From contig NC_086107.1 of assembly GCF_963921235.1 (NCBI RefSeq), forward strand, positions 94,118,001 to 94,182,000: a DNA stretch of 64,000 nt. Reading direction: 5' to 3'. Both the position numbers and the translations under genes were made by a program. The notes under the pieces were generated by a model. It ran no database searches, was not told where the DNA came from, and saw nothing but the letters and a program-made list of their open reading frames with translations. The stretch is from Mobula hypostoma (lineage: Eukaryota). Shown one piece after another: positions 26,401 through 38,400 of this stretch; positions within the stretch are counted from its first letter, which is position 1; each line of letters begins with the position of its first letter.

Positions 26401-29400
26401 AAGGGGGTGAGGGGAAAAATTATTGTAGGTTGGAGAACTCAAAGTTTATGCCATCAGTTTGGAGGCTACCCAGATGTGATATGACATGTTGCTCCTCCAA
26501 CCTTGGGGTGGTCTCATTGCAGCAGAAGAGGAGGCCTTGGATTGACATGATGGGATGGGAATGGGAAGTAGAATTAAGATGGTCAGGCACTGGGAAACCA
26601 TGGTAGAGGGAGCAAAGGTAGTTTGAGATTGCAGAGAAGGTAATTGGTTTTGTTATCATCACATGAGATCCAGCGAAAAGCTTTGCTTGCATGCCATCAA
26701 GACAAATTATAAGTAGGATGGGGTAGTCGAAGGGAAAAATAGAGTTGCAATCAAGTAAAGTATAAGGGTCATAACAAGGTAGACTGAGACATCAAGTCAT
26801 TATCTTTATCATACAAGGAACAGCAGATTGAGCGGTGGAGCAGTAAATCAAGGGAGCAATCTTCAAAAGGGTGAGACCAAATGAATTTAGAAACATAGAA
26901 AACATAGAAAATAGGTGCAGGAGTAGGCCATTCGGCCCTTTGAGCCTGCACCGCCATTCAGTATGATCATGGCTGATCATCCAACTCAGAACCCTGTACC
27001 AGCCTTCCCTCCATACCCCCTGATCCCCTCAGCCACAAGGGCCATATCTAACTCCCTGTTAAATATAGCCAATGAACTGGCCTCAACTGTTTCCTGTGGC
27101 AGAGAATTCCACAGATTCACCACTCTCTGTGTGAAGAAGTTTTTCCTCATCTCAGTCCTAAAAGGCTTCCCCTTTATCCTCAAACTGTGACCCCTCGTTC
27201 TGGACTTACCCAACATCGGGAACAATCTTCCTGCATCTAGCCTGTCCAATCCCTTTAGGATTTTATACGTTTCAATCAGATCCCCCCTCAATCTTCTAAA
27301 TTCCAATGAGTATAAGCCTAGTTCATCCAGTCTTTCATCATATGAAAGTCCTGCCATCCCAGGAATCAATCTGGTGAACCTTCTTTGTACTCCCTCTATG
27401 GCAAGGATGTCTTTCCTCATATTAGGGGACCAAAACTGCACACAATACTCCAGGTGTGGTCTCACCAAGGCCTCGTACAACTGCAGTAGTACCTCCCTGC
27501 TCCTGTCCTCGAATCCTCTTGCTATAAATGCCAGCATACCATTCGCCTTTTTCACTGCCTGCTGTACCTGCATGCCCACTTTCAATGACTGGTGTATAAT
27601 GACACCCAGGTCTCGTTGCACCTCCCCTTTTCCTAATCGGCCACCATTCAGATAATAATCTGTTTTCCTGTTTTATTATGAGCCGGGGGTGGGGGGTTCG
27701 TGAGACATACTTATTAAGTAAAAGAATATTAAAAATGTGTTGGTAGGGGGGGAATGAGTCAAAAATATGGCGGACGGAACTGTCTGGCTCCGTTGCAGAT
27801 AAAAAAGAGTGAGTTGCCCAAAATCAGAAAATTTGATATTTTGTTAGATGAAGCAGCCATGTGTGACTAAACTACACACATGTGGTGAACAAGTGCAAGG
27901 TTTGGGTTCTTTTAATAACACCCCCCCCCCTCCCCTAGAGTCTGACACACTCACACCCGAAGCCCTAGGGAGCTTCTATGTATGCGGTGGAAACTTGTGC
28001 CTGTTTGAGTCACCCGCAAAGGAAAGGAGCAAAAAAAACATCAAATCATGTTTACGATTAGCAACGTTGTGAAGCCAAATAAGGAGACTGATCAGATGTG
28101 TGACACCGTCCGGTAGCATGATCTGTAATGGGTCTGACATCAGCCCCACATCTTTAACCAAAGAAAAATTTCTCACCAGTTCCTTTTTCTTGCCTATGTT
28201 CTTTGGGAACTAACCCAGCGGGCAGTCAAACACTAGGGTCCAGAATAAACCTTCACACCAAGCTGCAGTCAACAGAACGCACAGCACAGCATCAGCTTAG
28301 AACCAGGCCTTCCAGCCCAGCTCGCCCATGCCAACCAAAATTGCCACCTATGCCAGTTCCATTTGCCCACGATTGGACCGCATCCCTCTAAACCAGGGGT
28401 TCCCAACCTTTTTTTATACCAATGCCATTAAACAAAGGGTCCATGGGCCCTAAGTTGAGAATACCTACTCTAAACCTTTCCTATCCATGTACCTATCCAA
28501 GTGACTTTTAAATGTTGTTATTTGCACCTGTCTCAACCAATTCCCATGGCAGCTCATTCCATATACGGACCACCCCCTAGGAGAAGAGGTTTCTCCTCAG
28601 CTCTCTCTTCTCACCTTAATCCTATGCCCTCTAGTTCTTGATTCACTAATCCTGGGGAAAAGACTGAGTGCATTCACCTTACTGATACCCCCTCGTGATT
28701 TTATATACTTCTGTATGGCCACCCCTCATTTTCCTATGTTCCAATGGGAAAAAAATCCTAACCTATTCAACCTTTCTCCATACCTCAGTCCCTCGAGTCC
28801 CAGCAAGATCCTTGTCAATCTTTTCTGTGTTGATGCTTTTCTTCCTATAGCAGGGTGACCAGAACTAAACAATATTCCAAATGCAGCCTTGCACATCTGC
28901 AACATAACATCCCAACTTCTATATTCAGTAATGAAGGCCAACAGGCCAAATGGCTTCTTCGCCACTGTCTACCTGTAACTCCACTTTAAAGGAGGCAAAT
29001 AAATGGACTCCCAGGTCCCTCCATTCTAACACACTCCCTCTGGCTAACTCCTGGCTCTACCACTCACTATGGAAATTCCTACGCTGATTTATCTTCCCGA
29101 AATGCAACCGCTCACGCTTATCCAAGTTAAACTCCATTTGGCATCCCTTGACCCATTTACCCAGCCGATTGAGATCATTCTGTAATTTCTGATAGCCATC
29201 TTCACAGCCTACGACACCACTTTTACGTGTGGCGAACACTTCTCTCCACCTCCCTCCCCACAGTAGCACTATCTATCTACCAGTAGCGCAGGAAAGGACA
29301 TGGTGAGTGTTCCAAGTTAGTGGGTGTTGGCATGTGGTATGGAAGGAACAGTTAGAGACAGAGAGATAATTATAGAGAGATGGCGATAGATAGAGACAGA

Positions 29401-32400
29401 GGTAAAGAGATAGGGAGACAGATAGGTAGAGATGGAGAAATGGAGATAGATATGGGGGTGAATAATGTCAACGTTCCTCCACAAACATGTTTCCTCTCAC
29501 GGTTGTCTCATTCAAGGAGAAGCTGCCCAGCTTTTCCACTTTCCCTGCACAACAACTCCCCCATCTCGCACATGATCCGAGGAAATCCCATCCACAGCCA
29601 CTCTCGGATCTGGTGCCTTCCCCAGATGCAGACCCGAAATGCCAGCCCCATCACCACATGCTCCAGCAGCCACTGGGAGGCTGGAATTGGTGTGGCTTCC
29701 ACTGGTTGACACTGACCTCCATCGTGTGTTGAGGATTCCCTGGGAGGGATGTTCTCGTCAAATTCGCTGTCGGAAACCTCCAGCACGGGGCTGCCCACGT
29801 TGTAGTCATCATCCTCCGATACAGAGGGGCTGGAGGTGTCGGCGGACGTCTGGTATGAAGGGTACAGCATCGGGAACACCTGCAGGATACAGGAAAGGAC
29901 ATGGTGACATGGTGAGGTTGAGATAGAGAAAGACAGGTAGCTAGATAGGGGCAGAGATAAAGAAACAGATAGGTGAAGATATAGATAAAGATACACAGCT
30001 CCATTGCCACGTCAAGTTTGCTGATGACATCACTGCCATTGGCCAAATCAAATCAGCATACAGGAGGGCGATTGAAAATCTGACTGAGTGATGCCACAAC
30101 AACAACCTCTCACTCAATGTCAGCAAGACCAAGGAGCTGATTATTGACTTCAGGAGGAGGAATCCAGAGGTCCAAGAGCCAGTCCTCATCAGATGATCAG
30201 AGGCGGAAAGGGTCAGCAACTTCAAATTCCTCGCCGTTACAATTTCAGAGGACCTGTCCTGGGCTCAATATGTAAATGTAATTATGAAGAAAGCACAACA
30301 GTGCCTCTGCTTCTTTAGAAGTTGGCAAAGATTCAGCATGACATCTAAAACTTTGACAAACTTCTATAGATGTGTGGTAGAGAGTATATTGACTGGCTGC
30401 ATCACAGCCTGGTATGGAAACACCAAAGCCCTTGAACAGGAAACCCTACAGAAAGTAGTGGATATAGCCCAGTCCATTATGGGTAAAGCCCTCCCCTCCT
30501 TTGAGCATCTCTACACGAAGCATTGTCACAGGAAAGTAGCACCCATCACCAAGGTCATGCTCTCTTCTCGCTGCTGCCATCAGGAAGGTGGTACAGGAGC
30601 CTCAGCATTCACACCATCAGGTTCAGGAACATCCCTTCCATCCCAATGAGCCTGTGCAGCCCGATTACACCCATATGACCAGTTAATCTACCAACCCACA
30701 CACCTTTGCGATGTAGGAGGAAACCAGAGCACCCAGAGAATCAGAATCTGAATCAGGTTTATTATCACTGGCATGTGATGTGAAATTTATTAACTTAGCA
30801 GCAGCAGTTCAATGCAATACATAATCTAGCAGAGAAAAATATAAATAAAATAAGACATAATAATAAATAAACAAGTAAATCAATTATGTGTATTGAATGG
30901 ATTTTTTAAAAAACGTGCATAAACAGAAATACTGTATATTTTAAAAAGTGAAGTAGTGTCCAAAGATTCAATGTCCCTTTAGGAATCAGATGGCAGAGGG
31001 GAAGAAGCTGTTCCTGAGTCATTGAGTGTGTGACTTCAGGCTTCTGTATCTCCTACCTGATGGTAACAGTGAGAGAAGGACATGCCCTGGGTGCTGGAGG
31101 TCCTTAATAATGGACACTGCTTTTCTGAGACACCACTCCCTGAAGATGCCCTGGGTACTTCGTAGGCAAGTACTCAAGATGGAGCTGACTAGATTTACAA
31201 CCTTCTGCAGCTTCTTTCGGTCCTGAGCAGTAGCCCCTCCACACCAGACAGTGATGCTCTCCACGGTACAAATATAGAAGTTTTTGAGTGTATTGGTTAA
31301 CGTACCAAATCTCTTCAAACTTCTAATAAAGTATAGCCGCTGTCTTGCCTTCTTTATAACTACATCGATATGTTGTGACCAGGTTAGATTCTCAGAGATC
31401 TTGACACCCAGGAACTTGAAACTGCTCACCCTCATCACTTCTAATCCGTTTATGAGGATTGGCGTGTGTTCCTTTGTCTTACCCTTCCTGAAGTCCACAA
31501 TCAGCTCTTTTGTCTTACTGACGTTGAGAGCCAGGTTGTTGCTGCGGCACCATTCCACTAGTTGGCATATCTCACTCCTGTACGTCCTCTTGTCACCATC
31601 TGAGATTCTACCAACAACGGATGTATTGTCAGCAGATTTATAGATGGTATTTGAGCTATGCCTAGCCACACAGTCATGTGTATATAGAGAGTAGAGCATT
31701 GGGCTAAGCACACACCCCTGAGGTGCGCCAGTGTTGATCGTCAGCGAGGAGGAGATGTTATCACCAATCCACACAGACTGTGGTCCTCTGGTTAGGAAGT
31801 CGAGGATCCAATTGCAGATGGAGGTACAGAGGCCCAGGTTCTGCAGCTTCTCAATCAGGATTGTGGGAATGATGGTACTAAATGCTGAGATATAGTCGAT
31901 GAACAGCATCCTGACATAGGTGTTTGTGTTGTCCAGGGGTGGTCTAAAGCCGTGTGGAGAGTCATTGAGATTATGTCCGCTGTTGACCTATTGTGGCAAT
32001 AGGCAAATTGCAGCGGGTCCAGGTCCTTGCTGTGGCAGGAGTTCAGTCTTGTCATGACCAACCTCTCAAAGCATTTCATCACTGTTGATGTGGGTGCTAC
32101 TGGGCAATAGTCATTAAAGCAGCCCACATTATTCTTCTTAGGCACTGGTATAATTGTTGCCTTTTTGAAGCAAGTGGGAACTTCCGTCCGTAGCAGTGAG
32201 AGGTTGAAAACCCACACAGAGGAAACCCCCACCTTCGTGGGGATATCATACAAACTCCTATCAGACAGCAGCAGGGATTGAACCTAGATTGGCAGTGCTG
32301 TATTAATGTATTAGCTAATCTCTACACCACCACACTGCCTTTTCTTTTATAAACTCAAATAACAAATCCCCTTTATTTCTGTTTCAATGTTTCTCTAGAG

Positions 32401-35400
32401 AGAGAGAGAGAGATCATCACTTGCCCTTTGACCTTTCACTTTTCTGTCCCTACCTGCCAGCTATTGGTCACACAACAATCCAATTCCCAATGGGCATATC
32501 CCCATTAGCCCATTAGAGAGCCTTTTTCTCCTCTACTTCCCCCACTATTAATGAACCAAAGTGACACAACTGCCCTGCAATTCCCTTTCTTCACCTCTCA
32601 AACTGCAGGAGATTAACACCAACTTGGGGAGACGGGGGAAATCCCAGAGGGTTGTCCACTAAACCCAATGAAAATGGTTGTCATTCCCACCCCATTTATG
32701 GATGGCCATCCAGGAAGGACAGATGAGGATGTCCTAGTAAGTTTTCCCCTGGGGTTGGCAAAGATACTGTAGCTATCCATAGGGCAGTGGAGCATCCCAT
32801 CCAGGCGAACTGCCTGGCCAAGTTCCAGGGGTATGTCCATGCCCAGAGTAACAGCAGAGAGGGAATACATGGTGTCGGAGGTTACCATGGAGGTGTTCCA
32901 GGGGATAAATGCCATCCTGACTGAAATGAGAACATGTTAATTTAATTTGGCTTGTGTAGTAATAGTGTTACTCACTGTTAGAGTCCACGTGCTTGTAATA
33001 TTTTGTAGTATTGTAACGTTAAAAGTAAACTTATCAAACCTGTCACTATATAAACCCTGAGATTAATTTCCTTGTGGGCATTCACAGTAAATACAAAGAA
33101 CCACAATAGAATCGACGAAGAATTGCACACACAGACAACCAATATACAAAGGACAATGAAGTGTGCAAAAAGACCAGAAGATATAGGAGCCATTTGGCCC
33201 CTCGAGTCTGCTCCACCATTTCATCATGGCTGATCCAATTTCCCTCTCAGCCCCAATATCCTGCCTTCTCCCCATATCCCTTCATGCCCTGACCAATCAG
33301 GAATCTGTCAACCTCTGCCTTAAACGTACGTAAACAGTTAGCCTCCACAGCTGCCTGTGGCAAAGAATTCCACAGATTCACCACTCTCTGGCTAATGAAA
33401 TACCTCCTCATCTGCCTTCTAAAAAGACGACCCTCTATTCTGAGGCTGTGTCCTCTGGTCTTAGACACTTCCCATCATTGGAAACATCCTCTCCACATTC
33501 CACCCTATCAAGGCCTTCCACCATTCTATAGGTTTCAATGAGGTCACCCCTCACCCTATCAGTTAAAAAAATGAATCGCTGATGTCCAATACCCAAAATA
33601 ATAATAGTGGTGGCATGGTAGTGTAGAGGTTAGCACAACGCTTTACAGTACCAGCGACCTGGGTTCAATTCCCACCACGGCCTGTAAAGAGTTTGTACAT
33701 TCTCCCTGTGACCGCGTGGGTTTCCTCCGGGTGCTCCAGTTTCCTCCCACAGTCCAAAGACGTACAGGTTAGTAGCTTAACTGGTCATTGTAAATTGTTC
33801 AGTGATTAGGCTAGGATCAAATCAGGGGATTGCTGAATGGCACAGCTTGTAAGGACCTATTCCACGCCGTATCTCAATAAATAAATAAAAATAAGTATTG
33901 GGAGTGTTGGCGCGTGGCCAAGTGGTTAAGGCATTCATCCAGTGATCTGAAAGTCGCTAGTTCAAGCCTTGGCTGAGGCAGCGTGTTGTGTCCTCGAGCA
34001 AGGCACTTAACCACACATTGCTCTGTGACAACACCTGTGCCAAGCTGTATGGGTCCTAATTCCCTTCCCTTGGACAACATAGGTGTTGTGGAGAGGGGAG
34101 ACTTGCAGCATGGGCAACTGCTGGTCTTCCATACAACCTTGCCCAGGCCTGCGCCCTGGAAACCTTCCAAGGCGCAAATCCATGGTCTCATGAGACTAAC
34201 AGATATATATACATAAAGTATTGGGAACATGAGGTGTAGAATCCTTGAAAGTGAGCCCATAGTTTGTGGAATGTGCTCAGGGCTGAGGTGAGTGAAGCTA
34301 TCCCCTCTGGCTCAGGAGCCTGATGTAATAACTGGTGGGGTGGGACCCACGGCTCCTGTACCTTCTTCCTGATGGCAGCAGTGAGAAGAGAGCCTGGGCT
34401 GGACGGTAGTGGTCCATGATGATTTGCAATAAAGGTATTTTCCTGTAAAAAGAGAGACGTACCTGGTTGTACTCCTCGTCCAAGGGGCAGGCGTTGTGGT
34501 TCGGCAGTGGAGGGTCCGGGTTGCTCACCACCTCCAGAGGGAACTGCGGGTACAGGCTCTGAAGGTGGGAGACGGCCACGTTCTGAAGCTGTGTGAACTG
34601 CCCGCCATCAAAGTGGTCGTAGCCAATGGCGTGGTGCTCCGTCCCAGTCCAGTAATGATCTGCGTGCAGACAGAGGCAGCCCGTTAGATGGTGGTGGGCG
34701 GCCCGGACAGTAGAGTGGTGTGACGCTTTACAGCGCCAGCGATCGTGACTCAATTCCCGCTGCTGTCCGTGGGAAGAGTGCACGTTCCCCTCCACGACCG
34801 CGCGGCCTCCCTCCGGGGTGTTCCAGTTTCCTCCCACGCTCCCAGAACGTTACGGGAGAGCGAGGGGCAGATGAGGGAACGAGCACAAGCCTCCGCCAGT
34901 GCGGGAGAGAGGCAGGGACGCCGTGGTCAAGCGCAACAGCTCCCGCTGCGTTTCAACAGCGGCACTGTTCTTTTGGGAGGGGCGGGGAAAGAGTGGACGT
35001 TGACTGGATCAGGGACTTAAACCCGTGGGGAGACGCGGGCAGGGTTGCAAACGCTTCACCCCGAGGGGTTTGACACCCACCTGTAGGCTGTTCGGGATCG
35101 GCCACATAATACGAGTAGAGTGTGGCTGGGTGCTTGCAGTATGCGTCCGTTTCGTATGACACCGTGTCAGGGTACTGTAGAGAAGAAACACAATTCCTAG
35201 CTTTACTCAATCACTCTTCATTGCCCGATGAACACAGAGCATAACCCCGTAACCCATAGGAGTGGCTATTCGGCCCATCAGGTCTGCTGTTCCACTCCAT
35301 CACAGCTGATGTATCATCCCCCTCAACCCGATTCTCCTGCCTTCGTCCTGTAACCTTTGATGCCCTGATCTATCAATCTTTGCTTGAAATAACTTGCCAT

Positions 35401-38400
35401 CTGTGGCAATGATTTCAGAGATTACCTGCCCCCTGATTAGGGTAATTCCTCCCCATCTCTGTTCTTATGGGACGTCCCTCCTTTCCAGGTCTTCCCAACC
35501 TTCTTGATGCCATGGACCAATACCATTAAGCTAGGGTTCTGTGGTCCCCAGGGTGGGCACCCCTGCTGTATTCTGAGGCTGTACCCTCTGCTCCGAGGCT
35601 CCCCCACTGCTGGAAACATCCTCTCCACGTCCACTCTAGCTTGGCTTTCCAGTATTCGGTGCGTTTAAGTTGAGATTCCCCTCCCCAGCCATTCTTCCAA
35701 ACTCCGGAAAGTACAGACCCAGGGCCATTTAAATGCTCCTCACACTTTAACCCTTTCATTCCCAGGCTCATATTCATAAACCTCCTCTGGATCCTCCCCA
35801 GTGCCAGCGCCTACTTTCTCAGATACAGGGCCTAAAGCTGCTTATTTTGTCCCAGATGTGATCTGCCCAATGCCTAATTAAGCCTCAGCATTACATCCTT
35901 GCTTTGACAGTACAGCTCACATCCAGGCCCTTCAGCCCACAATGTCTGTACTGAGCATGACGCTAAATTGAACTAAATATCTTCTGATCCGTATCTCTAT
36001 TCCCTGTGTCTGTCTAAACTCCTCTTAATGCCACTTTACAGTATCCCCTTCCACCCGTACCTCGGACGAAAACTTGCCCGCAACAGCATCACAGGCCCAT
36101 CGGTACATACGGCACAGAGAAGGAACATAAATTATATGAGCTCAACGTAGATTGGGAGACCGCTTTGCCGAGCATCTGTGCTCTGTCCGTCAGAAGAAGC
36201 AGGATCTCCCAGTGGCCACCCATTTTAATACCACTTCCCATTCCCATTCCGATATGTCCATCCATGGCCTCCTCCACTGTCGTGATGAGGCCACACTCAG
36301 GTTGGAGGAACAGCACCTTATATTCCATTTGGGTAGCCTCCAACCTGATGGCATGAACATCGATTTCTCAAACTCCCAGTAATGCCTCCCCAAACTTTCC
36401 CCTTTCTCCATTTCCCGTCCCCCTTTCCCTCTCTCACCTTATCTCCTTGCCCACCCATTGCTTCACTGTAGTGCTCCTTCCCTCTTTTTCTTTCTTCCAT
36501 GGCCTTCTGTCTCTTTCCCTATCAACATCCCAGCTCTTTACTTCATCCCTCCCCCTCCCGGTTTCACCTGTCACCTTGTGCTTCTCTCTCCTCCCCCTCA
36601 CCTTTTCAAATCTACTCCTCAGCTTTTTTTCTCCAGTCCTGCTGAAGGGTTTCGGCCCAAAATGGCGATTGTACTTTTTTTCCATAGATGCTGCCTGGCC
36701 TGCTGAGATCCTCCAGCATTTTGTGTGTGTTACTTAGTGGAGAATCTGATATTTACTGTGGTTTAGCAACTGGCTTGGCACAGACAGGAACCCTTCTTGT
36801 GGATTTAATTTTTGTGCCAACGGAAGGTGGGGGGGAAGTGTTTCTATTTAATCCCTACCTTCAGAACTGGAGTATTCTGTCCACACTGCACGCGAGTGTT
36901 GGCCAAGCAGCAAGGCAAGAACACCACGAGGAATTAAAGCATTCTCCGATAAAACCACCACTCAGTTCAAGCTCCTGTACGCAAGGCTGGCAGCCGGCCA
37001 TTGGATTTGAATGTTTCCCCAACAGACGTTGGTGTGCTGTTTCGCTCTGAGCTCGAGCACACCAGACATCTTGGCTGCCAATTTCTGCATCAGGTTCAGG
37101 TGGACAGTAAACCCACGCTCCCATCTGTTTCCTCTTCGCATCTCTGTGACACTCTTATCTATGTTGCCAGTGCTCTCAGTGGGGACAGGAGCTGGGTGAG
37201 ATTGCCTAATGGAGTGTGCAAGTAATTTGAATGGGCGGATGCCCCTGCCCTCGCTGACCGCGATCTGCCTCCCTCAGTCTCTGTGGTGCCGAGTGTTAGC
37301 TCGTAACCAAGTGGTCTGGCTCCTGCCTACCTAGGCCTCAACTGTTTGGCCCTTCTGCCAATGGCTGGAGGGACCGCATTCAATGTCAGCGTGTCAACGA
37401 TGGGTTTGGGGAATGGAGTTCTGTACGGGCAGGAGGCACGAGGGCCAGTGAACCCCCACCACCCCCGTGCCCCCCGCCAGCAAGGTACACAGATCAGTGA
37501 GACTGGAGTTTGAGGCCTAATGTTCAGGGTCCCGTCACTGGAGTTCACGGTCTGGAGTTTGGGTTCTCATCCAGGCCCCGAATCCATCGTCATCGGCAGA
37601 TTCAGGGGTCCATACCGAAGGTTGATCAGAAGTCTGGAAGTCGAGGCCTCGATGGCCACGTTCCCGAGTCTGTCAATCTCAGCGAGTCCTCAGGGGAGGT
37701 CCAAGGCCCAATGCCCGCCAATGCCCAATCTGCTGGAGGCCGGAGGCTGGAGGCTGAAGACGGCGGGTCCTAGGGTTGGATTTCTGTGTCTGTGAGCACG
37801 TGGAGGGAAGAAGGCGGCTTGTTTTGCTGTTGTTGTTTTGTCTCTGTTGTGGACACGCTACGTTGCTGACGTAATGTGAGGTGACACTTGCAGACTGCCC
37901 CGGCACACACTGGGTGTGGTGGTTGTTAATGCAAACGATGCATTTCACTTTTTGTTTCAACATACATGCGATAAGTAAATCTGATACAATCGTGGAGAGG
38001 CAGGTCATAAAAATGGCAGGGTTTGGGCTCTCCAATAAATCTCAAGCATGCCCTGTCCCTGGATATTTTAACGCAGGTCTGTGCTGGCAGCATCTCCCTT
38101 GGAGGCAGAGGATTGAGCAATGGGCTTCAGCCTATTACATACCTCCTGACGGAAAGTCACATGCTCCGCTGCCCACCGGAAAACTGATCGACAAGATCAT
38201 TGAGAAAGAGTCAGAAGGGGAAATGAGAGGCTTTTTCTTTCAGTTTTGTTACGGACACATTCCTTGAAACAGGGCGCGGTAAAGCTAAGCAGTTCACTGA
38301 AAAACACAGGATATTGGATAAGCAGATGGATGGGAAGAGTTTAGAGCTGGGGGGGGTCCCCAATCTTCTTTTATGCCTTGGACCCCACCATTAACCGAAG

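Noticed and set aside
25825..26606. ORFs of 205, 134 and 144 aa; regular spacing superficially like a CRISPR array
   Set aside because: 73-bp tandem repeat with no unique spacers, eukaryotic context and no cas genes.
31019..32253. Possible intact or domesticated reverse transcriptase gene
   Set aside because: 5'-truncated and frameshifted, with the catalytic FADD changed to SADN.
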